A DNA stretch of 64,000 nt from Tetramitus jugosus. Lineage: Eukaryota; Protista; Heterolobosea. Below, in pieces: positions 12,401 to 26,312 of this stretch. The position numbers and the translations under genes are program-made. The notes beneath the pieces were generated by a model. That model was not told the DNA's origin. It searched no databases and saw only the letters and a list, made by a program, of their open reading frames with translations. The stretch spans positions 620,001-684,000 of the forward strand of contig OW569346.1 of NCBI GenBank assembly GCA_937625935.1, given 5' to 3'. Position 1 is the first letter of the stretch; every line of letters begins with the position of its first letter.

Positions 12401-15400
12401 TATGAAGGGTCTGGATCATGTTTTGAGTCAAGAATTATCTGACCAAAATCTGGGATTGCTGTGTTCGTCTTTCAGCAGGATGGCAAAGAGGGTGTTGAAA
12501 CCAAATTCCGAGCCAGATCTGGTTAATGTTATTGTAACAAACCTTGGTAGATTAGTACTTGTCAGCATTGAGCATTGGGTTCAATATGTGACATCTTCTC
12601 TACTCAGCTGTGAGTACACTGAAGTTCAACTTCGTGTTTTATCTCGAGTCATTAGGTCTGTGATGTCTACATCTCGAATTAAGGAGTGCGTTCAATCTAT
12701 TCTAGGCACAACAACAAGTGCTCAGCTTTTGACATTGGACTCGGCTTGGATTGAAGAGAAATGTGCCACTTGCCAGCGCCAAACTGCAAGTGATGATCCG
12801 ATTGATCTAATTCACCGACACTGTATCAAATCAAGTGAATGCTCGGCTGATGATCAAAGAGTTGTTTCACTTGTGGAAAACTTGAGCAATCTCATTGATA
12901 TGCTGGAGCACTGTGAGTCTATACCTGCACTCAGAAAAGAGGAATCCATTGTTGGTTCACTGCTCTTACTCGAATCATCCAATGTCTTTTCATTTATTTC
13001 AACGAGGGCCAAGCAAGTTTTGGAAACAACGCTGGGCACAGAAGAGCATAACAAACGAGCATCTAATTACAAAATCCGGTCACTGGACCAAAACATTAGC
13101 GATTGTATCTCCTCTCTTGCTGATAGGGATGCCCCATTTTTGAGCCGGGTTCTCTTTGTATTGTTGGATTGCATGCACTCCGAATTGATACCGAACAATA
13201 TTGCTTCCGTTGTAGAATACATGCGTTGTCATAACAACTTGGAGAAATACCAGGAAGTTTTGCAGTCGTTCTTCAGCAGGGATGTGCAGCGCAAATGCAT
13301 GATTACCATAACTTCATTGCTCAACTCAAGTAGTGATTTAATTGGGCAGATTGTAAGGTGTATTCACAAGCATGACGAGTCCTCTCTATGGCTGAGTGCA
13401 AGATTGTCACAGTCTGAACAGCAGGAGGATTTTGGGCAATTTACAACTTTTATGAGACTCCTATACTCTAACTATTCTGTGGAGTCTCCCGATTCAGACT
13501 CCTATGTTCACCTTTATACTTTACTGTGCCAACATTTTCATGAAATGGTGAGAAGTAACAGCAATGACGCAACGATTGAAGTGTTTAACTTGATTGTTCA
13601 TATATCAATCAGTCTACAACGTGAAGATCAGTTGGCTGACGATCTGAGCAAATTGGTCTGCGAACAAGTAGAGACATCTCAAAGAAATTTCTTGTTTTTA
13701 TCTCTTGTGAACCAATTTCTATTGTCATCTCTCGATGAACATACTTCAGAAATTGCTGAACAGGTAAAACAGTGCACTCAATCTCTATGTGACAAAAAAC
13801 AAGTTGTCGTTTCATTAGAGGAAGAGAAACTAAGGTATACCACAGGTATATTGAATGTTGACGATTGTGAAGATCAGGTGTTAGCTCCGGAATCGTTGAA
13901 CGCGACTCTTACATTCCTACCTGCATCGGACATTTCCGGTGCTGTATCCAGTAGTCATCACCTATCGGAGACCAGCAAGAAGATGATTGACAACTTGCAA
14001 TGCACTGCCATAGATCGTGAGCGTGTGAAGACAAGTACCCCCTCCCTTAAGCGCCTTATTTCGAGTGTTATGTCATTATCAAGCAAACTCCAGAGAGAAT
14101 TAATTGAACAGAGTGATTTCAACTCTCTCGACCAGTCAACCACAGAGCACTGGAGCTTGGAGAATATAACATCTGTGGGAGATGTACCAAAGAGTATAAC
14201 AGAACTCAAAACTACATTGCCATCCAATTCATTTAAAACAGAAATGAACTTTGAAAGCCGGAGTGAGAAGTCTATCGCAAGTAGAGACAGCATACACTAC
14301 CAATTACTCTCAAGTAGTACCAAAGGGGATTTGGCAATTGGCGAGGACACAAATGTAGCAATGTTCAGGTTGGATTCGTTTTGTGATATGCAGTCGACTG
14401 AATCACGTGCGAACATGAAGCAAGTCAGCTCTCTATCGGTACCCTTTAAGATTACTCACGTTCGATTTAACTCAGCAAATGGCAATTTCTTGGCTGTGGC
14501 TGGAATGTTCGATACACATGTGTTTGTGTTAGATGAAGAAAGGAAACCAACACAACAAATTCAAATCTATTTAGGATTTGATGACATGCCAAACGAAACT
14601 TATCTAACCGATGTTTTGTGGCTTCCAGATTCACAAGTATTACTTGCTATCGTTACTAATCGATTTGTCAAAGTTTATGATTTATCAAGTGATACTTTCT
14701 GTCCTGTGTTCAACTTTGCTCCACAGGATGGAGAATTACTTGTCTCGACAACATTTGGTTTGACTGATGATGAACAACCGCTCCTCTTTGCGCTTACTGA
14801 ATCCGGACAATTGTACTATCAAGAATACATGGACTCTGGTGGCCCATGTACCTTTACTCAGTCAATAGACATTTCCACACTCAGTGGTGCTCAGGATAAC
14901 AAGAAGGGAATGAGTGTTTACTATGATATGAACACTAAGCTGATATATTTTAGTTTTTCTGAAGGAAATACTGTCGCATGCACGATCAACACCAAGACAG
15001 CACAGATCGTCAAATCGTTAATAATCAGCTCTCAAGGAGGTGAAAGCTCCTCAAAAGGTGAAGTTAACCAGCTGGCACCATTTTATCAATGGCAGAGCAT
15101 ACCAGAGCTCCCTGGCCATGTAGTATGTCTGTCGAAAAAGGGGCAAACAGTTCTTTTCGCATTTTCAAAGGAGAAACTCTGGGTAGAAGTAATTGAGAAT
15201 GTTTCCGTTGTTCATGGAATCACTGGAACGACTGTCACAAGACCTTCCTTTTGCTATGTATGTTTGGATGGCTCGCTAAATTGTTTCGAAATTTCCAACA
15301 ACTCGATCACACACAAGAGAGAAACAGAGACAAACATTGAGACAACTGAGCCTGTAGATGATGTTGATTTACTGTTGCGAGGATTCAGCTCTCTGAAAGC

Positions 15401-18400
15401 ATCAGTCACAACCTCGTCTCTCTCATTATCGAAGCATATGTTCACCAACCAAACGAATATATCAACATCGATGAAATACTCGGGTGAAATATTGACTTTG
15501 TTCGCAGAAAAGGATGTTTTGCAATTATTGTCGAGCGAAGATGGACATATTGCATACAATCAACCGGGCAAGCTTGACTTGACAGTAGAAAATTTAGATC
15601 CAAGTGCCACCGTTATCAGCAAGATTCGAGTACTAGTTGGAAAACACTCTCCATCTTCTATTCCTAAAACTGTAAGAGTAGGTGAGGTTTGTGTCGAAAC
15701 CAAACCAAACACCGAACAATGGGTGGACATCAACATCCCTATTCTCAATTGCACAGATGACAAAACAGTGTGCATAGAACTTTCTGCCACCCACAGCAAC
15801 CAGAACATCGTTGTTGATCAAATAGAAGTGTATGGTGTAAGCTCGAGCAGACTTCGATTTGAGCAAGCAAAGATCAAGCTCAACGGTAACAACGAAAATT
15901 TATCACCCATCGTGTCTGTTGCCTCCTCTCCTGATAAGCATTCTCCTCCGACACTTCTATTTGTTTTGAAGCAATTCTTGGCGGTGGTTCTTCCAAAGTA
16001 CATCCAAGCCACCAAAGATGAAGATAACTCAATCCAAATCGAAGCCCATCGTCTACTCTCTGATTGTTTTGTGAATAGGCAATTGCACGCCTTATGTCCA
16101 CATGCCATTTCCTCAATTATTTCATTGTGTGACTACCAATCCGATCGTGTCGTTGAGACAATCAATGATTATCTCTTGAAATTTGTGGATGCCGTCGACA
16201 TATCATCATTGAACACGCTTGATCTCTTGCATGTTCTCAAAGCGACCAACTCTCTACTTCTCTCTTCGCCTGAGAGTTTACTTCCTATCTTTACGAGCAA
16301 TCCAAACCTCCTGCACCAACTTGTGACCAAATTGGAGGTGTTGAGAAACGAAAAACTCCACTCCCAAGGTCCGCTTGTGTATACTATCATTGGTATTAGT
16401 TTACTCCAACTGCGAGGAAATAATTCCAATGTCCGAGTTTTGGCCATTTTAGACAAACTTCTATTTGACTCGGATGAATTTATTGTTTCTGAGGTTTCAA
16501 AAGCTATATCAAGTCTAATTATGTCATGTCCTCTCATGCAAAATCTTGACGAGGACAATCAATCGATGTACGGTCTTTTGATTCGACACTACGTCCAAAA
16601 TATGAAGGCTGTTCGCTCTAAGGACTCACTCAGTGCACTCTACTTTTATAAGTCGCTTTTGGACATCGTGGATCGATATCTATGCTTGAGCGATGAATCA
16701 ACAAAGCTGAAGTCTTGTAGTTATTTAGAGTCTGTATTCAAAGATGTGATATCCAATCTGTTCGGAGATGGAGACCGAGTGTTTAATATTGCCAAGCAGA
16801 GCGAAGACAATCAAATTCACTTGGTTGAATTGTTGTTTTTCACTTGTCTGATAGGAATGGTTGGTCCAAATGAATGTGTCTCGTCCAATGTCGCTGTTCT
16901 CGCTCAGCTTTGCAACAATCAAATTGGCAACGAGAAGTACATCTCAAAGCTAAAGAAGTTATTGACTGACGTAGCAGAAGAATACGATCGAGAAGAAAGC
17001 TCTCAGCGCTATTCAGAGATTACTGATGGAGGTCTCCTAAAACCACAGAAGAATATCCCTGACAGAAATTTTAGTCCCCTACTCAGCCAACAGTACTTGC
17101 TTGATAACAAACAAAGTATGTTTAGACCATATGCAAAGCTATTGACCCAAGTCATCTTCCAAATGATATACAATATCAAAGTGCACTCAGCTGCATGGAC
17201 GGCACAAGATCTTGTTGAATGGAATGCAGTTTTAAGTCAACTGGCACTAAACAAACACTCACCTTTCATCAGGCAAAGATCAAAGGATTTACTTGTTCGC
17301 ATGAATGGAAGCCTTGATGATTACTTTAAGGTGACTGATAACAGTTTGTACGCATCCGAACTATTGGATTTCTACAATCCTTTGACATCTGTAACTGCCT
17401 ATCCAGAAGAAAAGGCCACCGAGTTGATGATATCTTTGGGTCAAGTGCTAGCTAGGGCCGTGGATCGACAACACAATTGGAGTCAATTCTGTTTCCATCA
17501 TCCAACTATATATGTGTCACTCGCCCTTTTTGCTAGCCATTTTGTTGATGATACATGTTTGACACCAATCAAATTGATGCACCTCGGTTTACTAAACTCT
17601 GATGATAGCCACAAGAAGGTTGCTTTAGCAGCATTAGCAAACAATACGGAACTTGATCTCTCAGGATTCATTGACTCCTATGCCTTGGTATCAAATTCTG
17701 ATGCAGTGAGAATAGAGACATGCAACATATTGGCTCTGCTCTCGTTGGGTGATAGCGATAATGTAACAAACACTATCATCTCCAAGATTTCTAATTTGCC
17801 TCGTTATGGTCGGAAGGCTGAGCAATTCCTCAACATACTTTTGTCTCAGATCCTTCAGAGTGAAAACGCTACTCTGCATCAAACTATTATCCACTTACTC
17901 ACGTGCTGCTTGAAACAAGAAAACATGATGATATCGGAGCACCCTAATCTCAGAATCTATAATACTTTGAAGAGATTTATGAACTTTAGTGAGTACTATC
18001 TGGAAAGTTCACCCTGTGCGATATGTAACAGCGTCGAAGAACCATTTATTGCACAGTCGTTTAATGACATTAAGAAGCTTATCAAGCATGAACATGCATC
18101 TCAGTACCTCCTATTCAACAAAAGTTATATGATATCCAGTATTGACTTTAACGCTTCGATATCGGCTCCATCGAAAAAAATGGTCAGAACACTCGAACTT
18201 TATTACAACAATAAGTCAGATTTGTCAATTGCAGACCTAAGAGAAGCAAGTTGGAAAAAGTTTGGTACTATGGATATTCCTAAGGGTGCCGAAAAAGCTT
18301 CATTGGCTTTACCATTGCCTATCATCGCCTCCAATGTCATGGTCGAGTTTTCTTCTTTCTATGAAGATTTACTGTCATCTGATCGATTAATGTGTCCGAA

Positions 18401-21400
18401 TTGTAGAATACCTGTCGTTGATCGTCATGGCGTATGTGCATCTTGTAATGACAATGCGTACCAGTGTATTAAGTGTCGAAATGTGAACTATGGCGAACTG
18501 GACGGTTTCTTTTGTTCTGTATGTGGCCACTCCAAGTATGGCTCCTTCACATTCGGCTTCTCTGCTCGAGAATCTCACGTATCTGATGAGATTAAGGATG
18601 AAAAAGACTCCAAAGCTGCAATTATCCTAATCGAGAAGCAATTAGAAATTGCACATGAGAAGTATGATGCCCTTCAGTCTCATAGAGATGTTATACTGGA
18701 TCACTTGGAGGAATTAGAAGATGATACCCGAATCGATGATGACAAAGAAAAACTAAACACAATCGTAGAGAGTTTATATGACTTGTACGTAACTGATGCT
18801 GGAAATTTGTTCAAAGAGTTGAGTGCATGTATGAAAACACTAAGCGTCACTCGTCATCAATTGATGGAGTATTTGAATCGAAATCGATCCAACAAACAAT
18901 TGGAGAATAATCATACCAACAACAACGTTCAACCTCAATCGCGATGTTTCGCCTGTGCTAACAACTTTGTCCGCTCGACTCTTAACTTGCTGTTGCATGT
19001 CGAACAAAGCTACGCACCAGATTGTGTTGGAGAGCTCGCTCAAAACACTTTAAAGTACGGTGTGATGGACAACAGAAAGCTCACAAGAAAGGTGATCAGT
19101 CATTTGGTGAGGTCCAATTTACAAGGATCACAGATGTTGAACAATATTTTACGCAAGAGAATTGATTTTGCTCTTGCAAACCATAGAGATTTAGATTTAA
19201 ACGCATTCATCCGTCATGAGATGCTCCTACTTTGCGAACTGAACCATGAGTCCATTGAATGTTTTGAGAATCATATCGGCACTGTCTTTGAGATCATGTT
19301 AAAGGCAATAAGGATTGCTTCATTCAGCACCTCTGTTTGTGAAAAAATTGTCGTCCCTTGCCTAACGGTACTAACCAAGTTCTTAGAACCTAGTGACAAT
19401 GAACCAGCAGACAGCGAAACAGATGAGATGAAGAACTCGACTCACTCTCACATTACAATGCAGCAATGGGCAAGTGGTCGAAGAAACATGAAACAATGGA
19501 TTAACAGTAATGCGAAAGCGAAGAACAAAGGATTTGAAGCCATTCAGTTCAGCAACTCGAAATCGGCTGCTGCTCCTGCGTCGAACCTTCCAATTAATCC
19601 ATACTTGATCAAAAATCTTCTGTTGAACAAAGTGTCTCGGGATACAAGAACACACATGCTTTCTCTGTTACAACTGCTGTGCAAGGCCAATCCAGATAGA
19701 GAATTAGAACTGCTGAAGGTACTATGTTATTGTTTATCAAGTGCAATGTCTGTTGGTGAAGCTGCTGAGGAGTATTTCTCACTACTATTCAGCTTGGTTG
19801 AATCAGAGGAAAGAAAGTACTTCCTGGGTACTGACGAGTATCTAACAATGTTCAGTAGCAATTTAATGACTGAAGTAGACAGGATAGAGTACTTGGAAAA
19901 GCTTGGATCGGATGTAGTGTCGGATCTATCTCAGGGAACCACGCTTGGTCACCTTGTCCTGCTGATCAATGATTTCTTGAAGGTACCTGATATAATGCGC
20001 GAGTTCAAAGAAAAGAAGTCACACATCTCAGCAATTTTGAACAGCTTCCTATCATTGCGCACACTTATCACACAGCGAACCTCGAAAACTTCCTTGAGTT
20101 GTGATGTTCTTCAACAGATTATTGATAGACTTCGCGAAACAGAAAAAGATAAGGAATTCTTCCTAGAAGTCTGTATCGATGCTCTGAAGACTCGATCTGA
20201 TAACTTGTCATCCATATTCATTTTTGAAAGACTATGCAATTTAATTGTGCCCTTCAAAGAAGAACCCAGTTACGAACTGGACATGGAGCGCCACGACTCC
20301 CAACAATATTTCTTCCAGGGAGGCATGAGAAACAATCCCTACACTAGCCACCAAATCGGCACAACAATGAGTGATGTCGCAGCATATATTCTCAAGGAAA
20401 TGAACATTTGCTCTGATTTTGCACTGGAACTTTTAGTGAAAGATAAGATCATTAACTTGAACTTAGAAATAACAAAGGTGTACGAACAAGTGTGGATGCG
20501 AGAAGAAGGTGATACACCAATGGAAGTCATTTTCCGCTTCCAAGGTGTAGATGGTGAAGCCACTGAAGACGTTATCGATGAACTCGAAGATGATTCGGTC
20601 GAACAGGATTTGGAAGAACTGTGCAAAATTACTTCTGGCATGAGCAAGTACAACAGATTGGAGTTAGTATTACAATATGTTGACTCGATAACGGACGAGA
20701 ATACTGATCGGATATTGATCAAATACGTCCTACAATTCTTGTTGTATTGTACATATGTCAAGAAGAATCGAAGAAAGCTCCTCATGGTGAATGCTGTACA
20801 ACTATTGCTGACGAAGTGTAAATTCGTATTTTCCAATCCAGATTTGTTTGATCTGGCCGAGATGATTCTCCTCATCATTAAGCCAATTGTGGAGGAAGCA
20901 ACTCGCATGAGTTTCGAATCTAATGCTAGTCCATTGACTCCTATGAGTCCATATATGAGTGGTGATGACGAAAGTGCAAATACCATTCATTTATTGAAAA
21001 AGAATTCCGAAGATACTTTGAATCAATTGGTGATGTTCCTGGATAAACTGCCATCGATGAGCCCAAAGATTGTCAACGCAGTAAGCAAGGTACTTCCATT
21101 TTTGACATATGGCGAGAAGGAATCATGCGAGTATCTGATCAACTACTTCAAACCACATTTGAATCTCGATGAATACAATCAGAATCAGACCAAGGAGAAT
21201 ACATTCTATCTCTCTACCTTTGTCACTGTATCCAGCGCTATACCCAATGATATGGCAGGTAACCATTTGAAGAACATGATACTAGAGTCTGGCATTACTG
21301 AAAATATATTCTCTCACTTGTGCTCTCTATTCGACGATAAGGACGACGGCAATGATCAAACGGGTCAAGACGCATATAATCTTCCTAGTGTACATTTTGC

Positions 21401-22811
21401 AATTAATTTATTGGTTGGTCTCTGCACGTCTCATCACCCCTCTCAAAAGCTGTTGTTGGTAAGAGCATCGACGATTGAAATGCTTCATCGAATGGAAGAA
21501 AATGTATATGCGAAAGATGTCGCCACACTTGCGGAATTACTCTTAAATAAGCTAGCTGAAAACGGGTTTGAAGCAAGTGCAGATATTAACTCGATTCGAT
21601 CAAAGACAAAGAAGAAAAAGAGAAGGAAGGCAAACAACACTCGAAACAAACTCTTGAAGGATATGGGACTGTCCATTACACAGACAGGTGGAATCAAGCA
21701 AGATAAGATTGTTGGATTTGACTTGGATCAGCTAACAGAAGAGACTGGACTTACATGTTGTATTTGTGGTGATGGATATGGATTCAAGCCTCAAGAGCTC
21801 CTTGGCATCTACAACTTTGCCAAGGTTGCCAGCTTTGGAGATTTTACGGGATTCTCATCTGTTACATCCTTCACAACAATTCATATAAGCTGTCACACAC
21901 AGGCCGCAGAAGCTGACGAGAATCTCAGGCCATCTAAATCTGTTTGGGAAGGTGCCTTGATCCGAAACGGATTCTCCAAATGTAATTGCTTGTTACCAAT
22001 ACTGGGACCTGAGAATGACAAGGATGCATACACCAGATCTGTAGAACACTATTGGACTCAGATGGCAAATATTAGAGCTATTAAGGAAAGATTCAAAACC
22101 ACATCGTTCGATCTAACATCTCTCTTGTTGAAACTTGCTAAACTAGAGAGCTTGTCTATTGACTCTGGTGGTGGAAGTACCCTCCATAACCTAAAGTTAA
22201 TACCATTTGAAATTCAGATGGCCCTGCTTGTGTTGGATGATGCAAATGAAAGAACAAAGTACGAAGCAGTGCTCAATGATTTCTTAAGCTCTCCCGTCCA
22301 GGGACTCAGTACTGTCAGCGATCGATCTGCCTTCTGGAACTGCGTGTTATCACTCTTCCTCATGTCATTAGAAGAGTGGAATACAAACAGGTTCAACATT
22401 CTCAAGAAGTTAATCGAACAGAGCAAGCAAGATGCATTGGCTTTGAATCATGTCATTACCAGTTCAAATCTGTTTGAGCACTACAGAACTCCCATCCTCT
22501 TTTTCTGTATCGTGGATGAGATACAAAACAGTATCAAACAGAGCTCTGAAGAAACACCAGCGACAAGTGCCTCAAACACGACATCAATCCATCACGCTAA
22601 TGACGCACCATGGATCTCTGCCATCAAGACCAGAATCCAAAAGAACCACATGGAGATTCTCAACCAAATGGAGCATATCGCTGACACATTCTATCCAAAG
22701 CTGAAGAGTGCTACCTCTGTTGAAGCATGCCTCAATTGCTTATCAAACTCCAACTCGGATTCCTCACTGGCAGAGTGCCTGCAGTGGATTGCTCAGCAAA
22801 CCGCGGAATAG
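9439..22811 (+). CDS. UBR4: UBR4/p600/BIG-like giant E3/E4 ubiquitin ligase; several short 5' exons, then a ~11.8 kb exon
   Basis: WD40-like region, Cys-rich domain CPNCRIPVVDRHGVCASCNDNAYQCIKCRNVNY...CSVCG, MRNNPYTS, and C-terminal CCICGDGY...IHISCH...WEGALIRN...CNCLLP. Upstream ORFs at 9439-11010 link through GT-AG introns (e.g. 9718-9874). Confidence 0.9.
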
Positions 22812-22928
22812 TCCAAATAAAGTCGGATTCGCGAAGGAAAAGCGTTTCGCCCTCGGAATATTTCTTTCACGGATCGAAAGCACAATTCGCCCCCAACAAC
22901 GACACCCAAAAACAACAAAACAAACAAC

Positions 22929-23949
22929 ATGAAAATCTTGTCCATCATTGCACTCATTATTGCCGTTGTGATTGGTTGCGTCTCTGTGACTGTCCTGTCC
23001 AGCAACTCACCATGTCAACACTATCACGAAGCTGATTTTGACTACTTTTTGGTACGCACAATCGTTTGTTGGCCATTGACTGTGCCTCTCCTTTTGACAA
23101 ACATCTTATATCAAACTGACAACAAACATTTTTGATCATGTATCGTGTTGTAATTTTATTTATCCTCATCGATTGTTGCAGTTGTCTATTCAATGGCCAG
23201 GTAACAGCTGCAAAATCAATAGTCAACACAAGGACTGCAGAGTCCCTGCTTCTGTCTCCAACTTTACCATTCGTATGTGTTGATTTTGTTGTTGTTGTCA
23301 TATGTATTTGCAGTGTTCCTTTGTGGTTGATTTCGTACATTTACTCACCATTTGACCACACTTTTTAACATGTGGTATTATCATTATCATTATCATTGTT
23401 ATTATTATTATAAAACACATATCAACAACAACAATAACAACAATAACAACAATAGATGGATTGTGGCCAAATAGCAACACCATCTACCATGGTCCAACAT
23501 GCTGCCAAGACATTCCATTCGACTACTCTGCCCTCAAGCCAATTATGCAATCATTGGAAGTCAACTGGCCAAGTTTCTTCAACACGAATGAAGATTTCTG
23601 GAGTCATGAATGGCTCAAGCACGGAACATGCTCTCAATCCTCATCCGAGTACGACTACTTTTTCAAGACTTTGAATCTGTTGAATCGATTGCCACTGTTG
23701 AATGCCTTGTCCAAGGCAGGCATCGTACCAGGAAAGTCCATGGTTTCCACCAGTGCAATTGTCAGTGCCATCAAGGATCAACTCCGTATCCCTGTTCAAC
23801 TCACATGTGGTCACGGCAACTATTTGAACGAGGTTCACATGTGTTTGACCAAGCAATTTGAGTTTATTGAGTGCCCAGCCTCTCAAAGAGTCCATGCATC
23901 CAGCAGTGATGCCTGCCAGGCCAATGTTTACTTTTTGCCTCTGCATTAA
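22929..23949 (+). CDS. Secreted/lysosomal ribonuclease T2, 3 exons
   Basis: Exons 22929-23051, 23182-23272 and 23456-23949 rebuild the signal peptide, LSIQWPG, CAS I FTIHGLWP and CAS II FWSHEWLKHGTC. Confidence 0.93.
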
Positions 23950-24191
23950 GTTTGTAATGATAATAAAAAGAATCATTTATTATTATTATTACGGTGAGAT
24001 TTTGTCGTGTGTTTCCGTACATTGTTATGTTATTGTTGTGGGGGCTTTCGTCTACGGCTACGGATGTCGACCGGTTATATTTTTACAATCAGAACATGTT
24101 TCTATTTCGATTGGACGGTTTGCCCAGAGCTTTTTATTCGCTGCGAAAAAGTAAAATACCAACCAACCAACCAAATACACCAACAGCCCAC

Positions 24192-24845
24192 ATGAAACCA
24201 TTGACCCTACTTGTTTTCTGTCTTCTGTCCTCGACACTGCTCGTTACTCTCGGACACTGCGCTTCGATCTATCCCCTTATCAATAACGTTAAGAGGGAGT
24301 TTTCTCCTGTAAATGCCAATTATTACTTTGCCTGCAACTTGGGTGGAGATCGATGGTTGGCCATTGTCAACCAACCTTGCAGCACAGCTGCTGTTCTCAC
24401 TGTTCCTCCAAACACCCGAATGATTGTGACAGGTACTGTGACAACCTCTTGTGGAACCTATTCGACTGTCTTCGTGAATGATGTCAATGCAGGTTATGTG
24501 GAACAACAATACCTCTGTAAACCTAGACTACCGCTCATTCGGGGTGATGAGGTTGGTGCTTGCAATATGCCTGCAAGTTGGGACTTTTTGAATCTGTTCA
24601 GAGCTCCTTACACCAATCAAACACCAGTAAGTCAATTCCGGCGTTATGACAGAGGAGTTGTCGTTGACGGTCCTGCTTATAACAACCAGATTTACATGGT
24701 CAAAGTATACAACCGGAATCTGAATAGCTATGGTTGGGTCGATGCTGGATATGTTTGCCAGATTACAGCCGGAAAGAACCAGATCCCCATCTCCAATAAG
24801 GGTGTTGTGACACCAAAGAGAGTGATCAAAAAAGTCAGATCTTGA
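24192..24845 (+). CDS. Secreted protein with two divergent bacterial-type SH3 (SH3b-like) domains
   Basis: Signal peptide MKPLTLLVFCLL..., then two repeats ending GYVEQQYLC and GWVDAGYVC. The second has LNLFRAP, resembling the SH3b LNVRxxP motif. Confidence 0.6.
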   Translation: MKPLTLLVFCLLSSTLLVTLGHCASIYPLINNVKREFSPVNANYYFACNLGGDRWLAIVNQPCSTAAVLTVPPNTRMIVTGTVTTSCGTYSTVFVNDVNAGYVEQQYLCKPRLPLIRGDEVGACNMPASWDFLNLFRAPYTNQTPVSQFRRYDRGVVVDGPAYNNQIYMVKVYNRNLNSYGWVDAGYVCQITAGKNQIPISNKGVVTPKRVIKKVRS

Positions 24846-24913
24846 AACCACACAACCGACAAATAACAATCAATAAATAAAATTGGATTACGTTGATAGC
24901 AAAAAAAAGGAGT

Positions 24914-25957
24914 TTACAAAGTAAAGATACCAGCAACACCAACTTCTCCAGCACTGTAGGATGATCTATTGTAGCCAGGATCGTTGACGTAGAAGGTAGA
25001 TCTATCAGCGCTGACACCAGTTGCCAACACCCAGTGACCACCTCTGTTGACATTCAAAATGACAACATTGTTGGCACAAATGTGCTTGGCAATCTCAGCC
25101 TTGCTAGATGGTTGACCAATGTATCTGAGTCCGAATCTGGAGACAGATCCCCAGATGAACAAGCTTCCTTGGTATCCACCATTGCTTCTCAAGAATGAGT
25201 TCAAGGTACCTGGATTTGGAGATTGACCATTGACAGACTTGCCCAAGCCGTTCAAAGCCATGGAAACAGAGCTCATCAAGCATCCAATTCTGCAAACAGA
25301 GGAACTGCCCAAAGCATTGCCTCCCCATCTACCATCGCATTGCTTGAACAATGGATAGTTTCTGGTCTTGCAGGAGCCGGCACCACCGCCGCCGCCACCG
25401 CCACCACCACCAACAACAGTGACAAAGTTGGAAGCGACCCAACCATTGGAAACAGAGTACCAAGTGTAACCGCAGCCACTCTGGGACTTGCCAGTGTACT
25501 TTGTGGTTTGACCAGAACCCAATCCAGCAACAATCTTGTATGTGGTGCAAGGACCGGAACGAACATTCAATCCAGTGGTAGCACGCAAGGTGGCACCATT
25601 GCTAATGGATGAATCAGAGAGAATCTCAGAGTTGTCACTCAACACAGAGGACTCATCTTCTTCAATCATGTCGGACAAGACGGCTTCTTGCTTTTGAACG
25701 TCCTTGTTCAACAATTGTTGAGAAATCTTGTCCAACTTGTTTGTCAATTTGGACAACTTTTTTTGCCAGTCGAGCTTCTTCTTTTCAGGGATGCAGGACT
25801 TGATGCATTCGACAACTTCTTGTTGAGAAGGCTTGGTAGCAGCACCAGTGGTGGTAGAGAGGCACTTGGCAGCACAGGAAGCAGTGGCGCTTCTAGCAGA
25901 AGCAGCAGCAGCAAACAGAGCAACGAGCAATAAGAGGGACAGAATGACCTTTCTCAT
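24914..25957 (-). CDS. Secreted SH3b + Gly-linker + peptidase C39-like (papain-fold) protein
   Basis: Signal peptide MRKVILSLLLL; SH3b LNVRSGP...WY...GWVASNFV; poly-G linker; catalytic-type motifs FKQCD..W, GCLMSS, GGHWVL and VNDPG. Confidence 0.82.
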   Translation of the reverse strand: MRKVILSLLLLVALFAAAASARSATASCAAKCLSTTTGAATKPSQQEVVECIKSCIPEKKKLDWQKKLSKLTNKLDKISQQLLNKDVQKQEAVLSDMIEEDESSVLSDNSEILSDSSISNGATLRATTGLNVRSGPCTTYKIVAGLGSGQTTKYTGKSQSGCGYTWYSVSNGWVASNFVTVVGGGGGGGGGGAGSCKTRNYPLFKQCDGRWGGNALGSSSVCRIGCLMSSVSMALNGLGKSVNGQSPNPGTLNSFLRSNGGYQGSLFIWGSVSRFGLRYIGQPSSKAEIAKHICANNVVILNVNRGGHWVLATGVSADRSTFYVNDPGYNRSSYSAGEVGVAGIFTL

Positions 25958-26312
25958 CGTGATGTATGTAGTGTAGGGATAATGGTACAAAAAAAAATGG
26001 GATGATGATGCGTTTTTTGGTTTGTGCTGGAATTTGGAGAATTTGAAGCTGCACGAAGGTTCGGGTGTGCATTGTTGCGACATCCGGATTGTAAGCTAGG
26101 CGGAGTTATGCAATCTGATCGATTACAACGGGAATGACATCGACTGTCAAGGGTCGTACGCTTTCCAATTCTGGAGATAGCGGCGCTAAAGAATACGGTG
26201 ACTTGACTACAGATGCAACCAAGTAAACTCAACCTGCCTGGCAATGCCAACTCTGGTCCAGAAGTTTGCAACAGAAGTTTGATTTTTGTCATGAATCGGA
26301 GTTCTCGTGTGA

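Noticed and set aside
12854-22426. Many minus-strand ORFs of 60-215 aa inside UBR4 (and similar ones opposite other genes)
   Set aside because: They are antisense shadows of long coding frames with no independent motifs.
5401-22860. Recurrent GTCGGATTC / CGGAATATT words upstream of several genes (about 5401, 9283, 22822 and 22854)
   Set aside because: They could be promoter motifs, but there are too few instances to support this without an enrichment test.
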